From: Candidatus Latescibacterota bacterium
GTDB lineage: Bacteria; Latescibacterota; UBA2968; UBA8231
Direction of reading: 5' to 3'
Assembly (NCBI GenBank): GCA_965248265.1
Contig: CBDFJF010000002.1
Span: forward strand, 1,824,001 to 1,888,000
Length of the DNA: 64,000 bases
Below, in pieces: positions 1 to 7,973 of this stretch; position 1 is the stretch's first letter, and each line of letters opens with the position of its first letter. The notes below the pieces were generated by a model. The model was not told where the DNA came from and made no database searches. It saw nothing but the letters and a program-made list of their open reading frames with translations. Made by a program: the position numbers and the translations under genes.

Positions 1-1785
1 CGGATCCTCCCCCTCATACACCCGCCTCACCAGCCGGCCCGACAGATCGTAGATCTCGAGCGACACCGGCACCGCTGACGTCACCCGCAGCAGCTTGTAC
101 GAGATGTCAACCACATCATTCACCCCATCGCCGTTCGGCGTGAACGGATTCGGCGAGATCCGAGGCGAAAACACCAGCGAGCTGCTCAGAGCCGTTGTCA
201 CCGACAGGCGATCGCTCTCGATCTCATCGGCGGCATTGCCCGGGACGATCCGTTGACGTACCTCGTGCGGCCTGTCCGTGTCGAACACCCTGCCTGCAAA
301 CTGGTTGCCCACTTCTCTCAGTACCGGAGCGGTGAACACCACCTCCACCAGCGCACCGCTGTCAGTCGGCTTCAGCCGGCGCGAGAGCAGAACCTCAAAC
401 CCAAGACCGTCTTCGTGGATAGTCCACGAGAAATCGTCGTGATCGACCGCGTCTATGCGCAGCGAATCGACCGACACCACCCCTGACGGCGTCGAGATCT
501 CCACCCCGTCAAAGCTGATGTCGGTGGAGTGGATCGTCGGACTGATGTAATACGTAAACTGCGTCGGCTCGCCCACCGCAGTCTCTATCGGGTGAATCTC
601 CCCTACCAGTTCGCGTACCAGCGGCGGTACAGACGCTTTGACTTCTATGAAGTCGATCTTGCCCCCGTCTTCGGTAGTCGATGAAAAATCCGTTCTGATC
701 TGGAAGTATTTCCGCGGCCCTGGGGATACGAAGGCAACCCCGGGATGCTCGAACGCATACGGGGACGACCAAAAACTCCAGTTCTCCGTATCCGAACTGA
801 CCCAGTCCGCCTCGTCTCGCGGCTTGAAAAGCTTAATGAGCTTTTCGTACTGGCGTGTGTACTCCGTCAGGCTCCGGTCGCCGCCGCCCTGCAGAAACTT
901 GATGCTGTCCTGCTGCTCGGGGCGGGCTTCCCAGAAAATGACCGGCTGCGGGTCATTGCCCGCCCGGGTGCGGATAGCGACCCGGGCATGGGGATCCTGC
1001 CGCCCCGACCAGCGAATCTCGCCCAGACTGGCGGTGTCGTCTAGCTCGATCACATCCGATTCGTACGACGCCGGGCTCACAAATCCTCCGCCGAAAATCT
1101 CGATATCGGCGATCCCAATCTCCTTCGGCGTAGTGCGAAAAATCCCCAAGCGTATAGACCTGATTTTTGCCCAGTGTGGCAGAGTGACGTTGACGTTGGG
1201 ATCCGTGTTTTCCCTTACCTCGACTAGTCGCGTGAAATTCGGGATTCGGTCCGGAACTCTCGTCCGTTCTCCGCTGACTTCAATCTTGAAATGGGTCACG
1301 AAATGCTCTGGTCTGTCTGCCAGAGGTCGGAACGCCACTTCCCTGATCGAGAAGCGCCCACCCAGATCGATGTAAACCCAGTTGGGCCTATTGAACTCGT
1401 GGAAGACCTCGGGTGCGATGGCTGGCCAAGTGTAAGACGTTCGCGGATCCTGATCGATCAGCGAGTGCACCCGGTCGTCCGAGACAATAGCTGTTCCGGT
1501 TGCTGTCAGGAAGCCATCTCTGGAAAAGAGCGTCGCAGCGATGCTTTCGTCCTCGTCGAAGAAGATGGGCTGCAGAGAACCCGCCTGTAACGAGTCTGGC
1601 TCGAGGGCCTCCTCGAGCTGCGAGGCCGACCACGCGATGTGCCGGAAATCGATACCGAGCCCCTCCAGACTGTCCTTCTCCGCTGCGGTAAAAGGCGCGC
1701 CGATGCGGTAGACGATCACGCCCGAAGCGTCGCGCGCATTGAGAGCGAGGGCAATTAAGATGAGCGGGAACATTCCTGTCGTCAT
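1..1785 (-). CDS. Secreted FlgD-Ig (T9SS-CTD-like) domain protein, paralog 1; 3' end runs off the window
   Basis: Not in the ORF track because it has no stop in the window. Manual translation from ATG 1785 gives MTTGMFPLILIALALNARDASGVIVYRIG...SPNPFTPNGDGVND...LEIYDLSGRLVRRVYEGEDP, open to base 1. Colinear with 29155..31152. Confidence 0.88.
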   Translation of the reverse strand, partial: MTTGMFPLILIALALNARDASGVIVYRIGAPFTAAEKDSLEGLGIDFRHIAWSASQLEEALEPDSLQAGSLQPIFFDEDESIAATLFSRDGFLTATGTAIVSDDRVHSLIDQDPRTSYTWPAIAPEVFHEFNRPNWVYIDLGGRFSIREVAFRPLADRPEHFVTHFKIEVSGERTRVPDRIPNFTRLVEVRENTDPNVNVTLPHWAKIRSIRLGIFRTTPKEIGIADIEIFGGGFVSPASYESDVIELDDTASLGEIRWSGRQDPHARVAIRTRAGNDPQPVIFWEARPEQQDSIKFLQGGGDRSLTEYTRQYEKLIKLFKPRDEADWVSSDTENWSFWSSPYAFEHPGVAFVSPGPRKYFQIRTDFSSTTEDGGKIDFIEVKASVPPLVRELVGEIHPIETAVGEPTQFTYYISPTIHSTDISFDGVEISTPSGVVSVDSLRIDAVDHDDFSWTIHEDGLGFEVLLSRRLKPTDSGALVEVVFTAPVLREVGNQFAGRVFDTDRPHEVRQRIVPGNAADEIESDRLSVTTALSSSLVFSPRISPNPFTPNGDGVNDVVDISYKLLRVTSAVPVSLEIYDLSGRLVRRVYEGEDP

Positions 1786-1940
1786 CTGGCAGCTCCCGTC
1801 GGATTGTGAATGTCCAGGTTCGGCTGGCTGCGCGAGAATCGTCGATGCTGCCAACGCACTACGACTGACAAAAAATATGCAATTGTCTGGGGCGGAACAA
1901 GATACAGGCGGGATGCGGTGGGATTAGCGTGGCAGGCTGT
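1786..1940 (-). promoter_or_regulatory. Conserved ~150-bp upstream leader of FlgD paralog 1
   Basis: The reverse complement aligns with 28957..29100 (ACAGCCTGCCACGCTAATC...TATCTTGTTCC...GACAATTGCATAT...GGACATTCACAATCCGA). Confidence 0.6.
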
Positions 1941-1984
1941 GGAGCGCGCGACCACTCGTCGCCATGACCCCACAGATCTGCTCC

Positions 1985-2105
1985 GAGGCGCGAACAGCCC
2001 TTGGTCAGTCGGAAAACCCTTGAGGAACTTCGTGACGATGACGTCGGCGTGCGAGTTGGGAAAGTATTCCGTTATAATTGCTGCGATTTTCTTCCGGTCA
2101 GTCAT
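1985..2105 (-). pseudogene. 5' fragment of a conserved hypothetical (Gfo/Idh/MocA-like) gene
   Basis: MTDRKKIAAIITEYFPNSHADVIVTKFLKGFPTDQGLFAPR is a recognisable family N-terminus. The frame then runs into the unrelated FlgD leader. Confidence 0.6.
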
Positions 2106-2264
2106 ACTGACGCGAATGCCCGAACCGAGCCACGCGAAAAGGGAACCCTCGCACCTCCCACATTGGACGACGAGCAGCGGCGCGGAGGCTGCTGGGAACC
2201 CGCGCTGACCGTGCGGGCCGGTCGGCCGGTGTGATCTTCACGTTTCGTCTTTTCAGAATTTCAC

Positions 2265-2293
2265 TTGAGAATCGACGGCTTTTGACGTAGGTT
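2265..2293 (+). promoter_or_regulatory. Sigma70-like promoter
   Basis: TTGAGA-N17-TAGGTT, followed by RBS GAGGAGG at 2308..2314. Confidence 0.55.
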
Positions 2294-2319
2294 CGTAACC
2301 TCTTCCAGAGGAGGCGGTT

Positions 2320-2868
2320 ATGAAAATTCTACTTGCAGTTGCAGCCTGCTTCGTCCTGGCTGCTGCGGTATGGGCAGGCGAGGGCGAGTGTCTCTATCAC
2401 GACGGGGTCACTGCCGACGAAGCTATTCTCATATTGCCTGGAGTCGACGCGATTGTCTCCACAAACGCCATAACTCCGCCGGCTGAAGTGACGGTCAGCA
2501 CTCTTGACGCTACTTCCATTCTCGTCCGCTGGAACCGGGTCGACGCGGCCAACGCATATCGCATCTATCGGGAGAAGACGGTTGGGCTGGAGGCCAGTGC
2601 CGACGTCCCTGGAGACATCGTCGTGGTGGAGGATGAACGGAGCATCGAAATGATGCCTTGGACCAGGGTTGAGGCCACCCCGGAGGTTGAAGTGCTCGAG
2701 GCCCTTGTCGAGCCCCGCGACAGGTTGGAGACGAGGTGGGGCGTACAGGCTCTCGGTGAAACGGAAGGAATAGAGCTGCAATCGCCCGTGGTTCTGGCGA
2801 TTCCTATGCCGGTACCAACGGGGGTTGAGAACGAAAGCTGGGGACAGGTAAAAGCCGCTACACCCTGA
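2320..2868 (+). CDS. Secreted 182-aa protein with FN3-like segment and C-terminal SWGQVK motif
   Basis: Signal peptide MKILLAVAACFVLAAAVWA, FN3-like PPAEVTV...ILVRWNRVDAANAYRIYRE, and ending PTGVENESWGQVKAATP. Strong RBS. Confidence 0.85.
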   Translation: MKILLAVAACFVLAAAVWAGEGECLYHDGVTADEAILILPGVDAIVSTNAITPPAEVTVSTLDATSILVRWNRVDAANAYRIYREKTVGLEASADVPGDIVVVEDERSIEMMPWTRVEATPEVEVLEALVEPRDRLETRWGVQALGETEGIELQSPVVLAIPMPVPTGVENESWGQVKAATP

Positions 2869-2919
2869 TCGCCCTGATCTTACCAAGGCGTGCCTTCTCG
2901 TGCGCCGGCGTGTCTATTG

Positions 2920-2955
2920 AACCTGCAGGTCTCTTACTGAGCCTGCAGGTTTTTT
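2920..2955 (+). terminator. Intrinsic terminator
   Basis: Stem AACCTGCAGG/CCTGCAGGTT followed by a T-run, lying between convergent stops. Confidence 0.8.
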
Positions 2956-3243
2956 CATGCGGGGGCCGCCACCGTCAGCCGCCCCTCGACGCCGTGCTTT
3001 TCGATCAGCTCCGACACCAGACCGCTCGCCTTGGTTTCCTCGACGAAATCGCGCAGGAACTCGGCGGCGACCGTGCGGTCGGGTTTCGTGCCGATGGCCT
3101 GCTGGACTGCGGTAAACTGGCCGGCCAGGATCCTTGCGCCGGGAAGCTTTTTCACATCTTCGACCAGCCGCGGTCGTAGACCCGCCAGGACCTATAGACC
3201 CTGCTCGACGAAAGCGTCGAACGACGCGTCGATACCCTCCAAT
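2955..3243 (-). pseudogene. 3' fragment of an amino-acid ABC transporter substrate-binding protein
   Basis: LEGIDASFDAFVEQGL*VLAGLRPRLVEDVKKLPGARILAGQFTAVQQAIGT...VAAPA*. In-frame TAG at 3192..3194 and no 5' end. Confidence 0.7.
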
Positions 3244-3526
3244 TGCTGGCGCACGTGTTTTCGATTGACGTCACCGAATGCCCCGACTGCGGGGGGCAGA
3301 TGACTCGTCGCACCGCTTGATCCGACAGGATCGATGTGCCTGAATCGTCCTTGAGGGTCGCAGAAGCGTCAAGAAAACCAGCCGCGGCCTGAAACCACGT
3401 CCGACAGTCCCGTCGAAGTCTACGAAACATCGTTCCACCCTTCACAAAAAACACCAGGTCCTACTCGACACCAGACACCCAAGCGATTTAGACTATCTAT
3501 AATGTCGCTTATCGTTCCTAACCGTC
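3241..3526 (+). mobile_element. IS91/ISCR-type remnant (transposase scrap, 3' tail and oriIS-like end A)
   Basis: 3244..3302 encodes LLAHVFSIDVTECPDCGGQM, matching the transposase C-terminus near 19630. It ends in ATAATGTCGCTTATCGTTCCTAACC (3499..3523). Confidence 0.75.
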
Positions 3527-3650
3527 CGCAGTGACGAGGGTTCGCTTGAAGTTCACGGCTTTGCTGAAGATTCTCTGTGACCGATGTGTTTACCTGCTCT
3601 GAAGTCTAGCGTAGTCTCCGTGCCCGCACAATCGCAAGGATCCGACTCAA

Positions 3651-5633
3651 ATGGCCGATGACCACGAGCCGGCCGGCGAGCTCTCCACGGACTCGCGCGG
3701 TGTCAGTCTGCGTTCCGTCGCCATCGGCGGAGCGGCAGCCCTCTTCATCGGGGTGTCGCTGCCTTACACGAACATGGTCATCAAGGGCGGCCTCCTCGCC
3801 CACAACCACAACGCGCCGGCAGCCCTGTTCGTGTTCTTTCTCTTCGTCGGCCTCGTGCACACGGCCACGGCCGCGATCAAGCGCGGCTGGTCTTACACGC
3901 GCTCGGAGCTCACGACCATTTACGTCATGGCCCTGGTGGCCACAGCGATTCCGACCATCGGCTTCTCCGAGTACCTCCTGCCCATCATCGCCGGTTTCAC
4001 CTACTACGCCACGCCTGAGAACAACTGGCAGGCAACCTTCCAACCCCTGCTGCCGAACTGGGCGGTACCACAGGACGATGTCGCCGTGCGCCATTTCTTC
4101 GAAGGCCTGCCCGACGGCCTGCCCCTGCCCTGGGGTGCCTGGCTCGAACCCCTGCTCTGGTGGGTCGTCTTCATCCTCGCCGTCTACTGGACGTCGGCCT
4201 GCTTGATGGTGATCGTGCGCCGGCAGTGGATGGAACGGGAGAAGCTCAACTATCCCCTCATCCAGGTCCCTCTGGAGATGATCCGCGACGAACCCGGCCG
4301 CCCCTCGTTGCTCAAGCCCTTCTTCCGGAATCCGGTGATGTGGATCGGCTTCGCCGTGCCCTTCCTGCTGGGATCCTACCATTCTCTGCACGAGTACTTC
4401 CCGGCGCTCCCGCGGGAGGGACCGCTGACGACGACCTACCAGCTTTTCCGTGGCACCACACCGCTCGTCGTCATGCTCAATTTCGGCCTCATCGGCTTCG
4501 CCTTTCTGCTGCGGCGCGATCTCGCTCTGGGTCTGTGGGTATTCTGTCTGCTCGCCGTGATCCAGCGCGGCACCTTCAACGTCCTCGGAATCGCCAGCAC
4601 CGAGACCCTGAGCCGCTTCGCCAACCACAGCGGCCCCTACCTGGCCCATCAGGCCATGGGGGCGATGACGGTGCTGGTGCTGTCCGTTCTCTGGCACGGA
4701 CGAGCCCATCTGCTCGACGTCTGGCGCAAGGCCATAGGCCGCGACAACGCCGTCGACGACAGTGACGAGATCCTCTCGTACCGCACCGCCGTATTCGGCC
4801 TGATCTTTGGCGTAACCGTCGTCGGCGTCTGGATGTGGCAAGCGGGACTGCCCGGGTGGCTCGTGCCCGTTTTTCTGTTCGCCGTGTTCGTCGTCTTCAT
4901 GGCGCTGACCCGTGCCGTAGTCGAGGGCGGCGTCGCCGTCATCCGCACGCCCCTTACTCCGGCCGACTTCGTCGTCTCCGGATTCGGCACGAACGCCGTC
5001 GGCGGCTTGGGCGTCGCTTCGCTGGGCCTGACGTACGTCTGGGCAGCCAACATCCGCATCCTCTTCATGCCGGCCTTCGCCAATCTCCTGCGCCTCGTTC
5101 ACGGCATCGACCGCGGCAAGTCGCGGTTGAAATGGGCCGTCGGACTGGCCGTGATCGCGGCCCTCAGCGGATCCCTGTGGAGTGTCTTCGTGCTCTCGTA
5201 CGAGCACGGCGGCGTCAACCTGCACGGCTTCTGGTTCATCGAGGTGCCGCAACTGGCCGGCAACTACATGGTGCAGTTCCTGGCCGACCCGATCCCACCC
5301 GATTGGGGGGGTTGGGGGTTCACTCTGATCGGCGGCCTCGTTCAGATGCTCCTCGTCGTCGCCCGCGCCCAGCTAGCCTGGTGGCCCCTGCACCCACTGG
5401 GCTTCGCCGTCAGCACCTTCTTCATCATGACCTACGTGTGGTTCAGCGTCATGATCGCCTGGGCAGTGAAATCTGCCGTACTCCGGTACGGCGGCCCGGC
5501 ACTCTACCGGAGGACGCGGCCGTTCTTCCTGGGTTTGATCCTCGGACAGATCTCGGTCTCAGGGTTGTGGCTCGTCATCGACCACTTCACCGGAATGGTG
5601 GGCAATGCGCCGATGGGGCAGTCGTTCGTGTAG
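3651..5633 (+). CDS. Polytopic membrane protein, DUF6785/DUF6784-like putative transporter
   Basis: 660 aa with many hydrophobic segments. Family motifs YYATPEN, RRQWMEREKLNYPL, DDSDEILSYR, WWPLHPLGFA and RPFFLGLILG are shared with three other loci. Confidence 0.88.
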   Translation: MADDHEPAGELSTDSRGVSLRSVAIGGAAALFIGVSLPYTNMVIKGGLLAHNHNAPAALFVFFLFVGLVHTATAAIKRGWSYTRSELTTIYVMALVATAIPTIGFSEYLLPIIAGFTYYATPENNWQATFQPLLPNWAVPQDDVAVRHFFEGLPDGLPLPWGAWLEPLLWWVVFILAVYWTSACLMVIVRRQWMEREKLNYPLIQVPLEMIRDEPGRPSLLKPFFRNPVMWIGFAVPFLLGSYHSLHEYFPALPREGPLTTTYQLFRGTTPLVVMLNFGLIGFAFLLRRDLALGLWVFCLLAVIQRGTFNVLGIASTETLSRFANHSGPYLAHQAMGAMTVLVLSVLWHGRAHLLDVWRKAIGRDNAVDDSDEILSYRTAVFGLIFGVTVVGVWMWQAGLPGWLVPVFLFAVFVVFMALTRAVVEGGVAVIRTPLTPADFVVSGFGTNAVGGLGVASLGLTYVWAANIRILFMPAFANLLRLVHGIDRGKSRLKWAVGLAVIAALSGSLWSVFVLSYEHGGVNLHGFWFIEVPQLAGNYMVQFLADPIPPDWGGWGFTLIGGLVQMLLVVARAQLAWWPLHPLGFAVSTFFIMTYVWFSVMIAWAVKSAVLRYGGPALYRRTRPFFLGLILGQISVSGLWLVIDHFTGMVGNAPMGQSFV

Positions 5634-5639
5634 CCCCAG

Positions 5640-5860
5640 CTCTAAGACCGAGACTGGCATGCCGTCGTAGGCGAGCTCGAATCCGCGACGCGCGAGTGTG
5701 TCCGCGGCGATGTCGTCATGCGGCGCTACATGGCCGACACTGATATGCGACCCGATTCTGCGCCGGCAAACCGCTTCCCATTCCACACGTTGCCGTCGGC
5801 GAAATCGAGACTGCGGCCGATCGCCTCGCTGCCGTAGACATCGAGCCCGCCGGGAATGCC
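5640..5860 (-). pseudogene. Possible degraded MBL-fold (PhnP-like) hydrolase fragments
   Basis: Short pieces LDVYGSEAI and APHDDIAADTLARRGFELAYDGMPV resemble PhnP-type segments. Weak resemblance only. Confidence 0.3.
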
Positions 5861-6497
5861 AAGGGCGTGCACGCCCAGAACTACCACATCTTCACACCTG
5901 CCGGAGAAGGGCGGGATTGGGTGTTCGTCTGGGGGTGTCAGCCGTGGATCGGCCAGTTGCCGTACGCCAACCACGCCTACTCCTACGATTTCGAGGAAGG
6001 CGAGAGCGGAAAACTCGTGCTAGAGTTCTGGATCACACCCTTCGACTACGCGCCGTACGATGGCCCGGAGCGGGCCGCTGTGTCCAAGCTGGAGGAAAAC
6101 AGCCTGATCGCCCTGTCCTGGGCGGTCCTCGACTTCGACGAGGACCACACGGAGTATGAGGGGTTCTGGAACCTTTCGCACGACGCACATGTACGACGAC
6201 GCCTCGAACCTGTGCGCCTTTCGCTTGATGCCGCTGGAGCCGGAGTACCTGAAACCGCTCGAGGCGCAATACTCCTATACGGTCGTCGACATGGATCGTC
6301 GGATGGTCGCCTTCACGGATCGATCCCGTGGTGAGATCACGTCGTGGTCGTGGGATTTCGGCGATGGCACTTCATCGGCCGAACAGCACCCGATTCACCA
6401 GTACGACAGACCGGGAGAATTCGTGGTCATCTTGAACGTCAAGGGGCAGCAGGGGAAAGCCCGGCGCGTCAAAGTGAATCAGGTGATGGTGAAGTGA
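5861..6497 (+). pseudogene. PKD-domain protein, 5'-truncated and frameshifted
   Basis: GVHAQNYHIFTPAG...FWNLSH, then a frame change near 6180 to TTHMYDDAS...SWSWDFGDGTSSAEQHPIHQY (PKD signature). Confidence 0.8.
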
Positions 6498-6553
6498 ATC
6501 CAGCCTGAACGGATCGCGGCCCGTGCTCAGGCTTCCTTCTCTCCGCAGCACGT

Positions 6554-7927
6554 CTATACGATCGAGAAGCTGTACAGGCAGGTATTGCTGAACTTGAAGC
6601 GGATGCTGATCTGTCCGGACGGTAGGGCGCTGCTCGTCTCCCAGTGGACGGGCTGACGGACACCATCGTCGGCAACCGGTCGGCAATCCGAGAGGTGATA
6701 CCCCGGCACGGGCACTCCCGATGGGTATAGGACCTCGGCCCTCAGCTCTCCCTTTCCTGCATCGGCGTTGACGATCAAACCCTGACCGCCCGAGGGCATC
6801 AGCGTGGTCTCAACGGCGCCCGGCCTCTCCCCGGCGTCGAGCGACACCCAGCCGTCCAGCCGCCAGGCTGCCCGGGCAATCGTGATCTTCTTCTTCGGCA
6901 TGTAGCCGCCGTGGGTCGTCGTGATGCCTGTGTAGTAGAGCCTGACTTCGTCGTCCGATACGATGGGCCCGTTGCCGACACCGAGGATACAGCCGGCGTC
7001 GTAGTCGTGAGGACCGTTCGCGATGACGGGCGACCGGTCTTCGCACCGGGACCACGAGCGGCCATTCCGGCTGTACGCGAGCTGCACGTCGATGGGTCCA
7101 TCGGCGGGGCTCTGTTCCGGACCCTTCTCGACAGGTGGACCCGTGTGCCGGAAGTGAGTGACAAAACCCAACCACATCCCGCCATATGGGATGACCCCCA
7201 TGTGGTAGAACTGCGAGAATAAACCGCCCTCGCCCTCGGTCTGGGCGTCGTCGGTCTCGTCCGGTGCCATGACCAGTTCGTAGTCGGACCAGCTCTGCAT
7301 ATCGGGGCTGGTTGACAGATAGACCAGGCGACGTCTCTGGCCTCGGTGATTGCCGTAGCGTTTGTGAAAAGCGAGGTAGTCGCCGGTTGCGGGGTCCCGT
7401 GCAAAGCTGCAGGTGTCTCCGCCATCCAGGATCGGGTTCTTCGCGTAATACTGCCAGTTCAATCCGTCAGCGGAATGGGCTACGCAGTAGCCGCGGCTCT
7501 CAGGCGAGCGTGAAACCCCGAGTATCTTGTAGCGGCATGCGGGATCGGGGTCCGTCGGATCGTCGATGACACTGGGGCTGTGAAGACGGATCGGAAGAGC
7601 GTTGTTGCCTGTGCTGCCGGCGCTCTCGACAAGGCCGAGCTCCGGACGGCGCCAATCCACGCCGTCATCCGATTCGGCGTAGAGGACCCAGTCCTGGTGG
7701 CGCATGTACCACATCCGCAGGCCGTCCCCATCCTCGGCGGGCAGGACCGTGCCGTAGACGTAAACACGCCGGTCATCGGAGGGCGCCTGCCAGGTTTCAA
7801 GACCGGATATGACGGGTTGGGGCAGCTTGCGACAGGCGTGGGTACGGCGAACGACGCCCTCCTTGCGGGCGATCATGACGTCGTCGACGAAGAGGTGGGG
7901 TACACTCGATGTGTCTGTTGTGCTCAT
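6554..7927 (-). CDS. Five-bladed beta-propeller glycoside-hydrolase-like protein (GH32/43/130-like) with C-terminal beta-sandwich
   Basis: 457 aa with motifs LFVDD, YAESDDGVDWRRP, DVQLAYSRNG and RLDGWVSLDA. Paralogs at 33843, 35194 and 62551. Confidence 0.8.
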   Translation of the reverse strand: MSTTDTSSVPHLFVDDVMIARKEGVVRRTHACRKLPQPVISGLETWQAPSDDRRVYVYGTVLPAEDGDGLRMWYMRHQDWVLYAESDDGVDWRRPELGLVESAGSTGNNALPIRLHSPSVIDDPTDPDPACRYKILGVSRSPESRGYCVAHSADGLNWQYYAKNPILDGGDTCSFARDPATGDYLAFHKRYGNHRGQRRRLVYLSTSPDMQSWSDYELVMAPDETDDAQTEGEGGLFSQFYHMGVIPYGGMWLGFVTHFRHTGPPVEKGPEQSPADGPIDVQLAYSRNGRSWSRCEDRSPVIANGPHDYDAGCILGVGNGPIVSDDEVRLYYTGITTTHGGYMPKKKITIARAAWRLDGWVSLDAGERPGAVETTLMPSGGQGLIVNADAGKGELRAEVLYPSGVPVPGYHLSDCRPVADDGVRQPVHWETSSALPSGQISIRFKFSNTCLYSFSIV

Positions 7928-7973
7928 CTTGGGCGATTCCCTGCCAGCTCTCTGACAGTCGTTGAGAATTCCA

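Larger units (their letters stand above)
2231..2969 (+). repeat. 739-bp cassette, copy 1 (inverted copy at 31366..32104)
   Basis: Identity runs from GTGATCTTCACG to CATGCGGGGGCCGC, and I saw only three substitutions by eye. Confidence 0.95.

Noticed and set aside
3192-3194. In-frame TAG as pyrrolysine or recoding
   Set aside because: It lies in a 5'-truncated fragment, and other genes in the window use TAG as a normal stop.
3606-5252. Long antisense or alternative-frame ORFs (also 638..1375, 35638..36753, 37845..38816, 43393..44898, 53120..54373 and many others)
   Set aside because: They are shadows of well-supported genes in high-GC DNA and have no family motifs.
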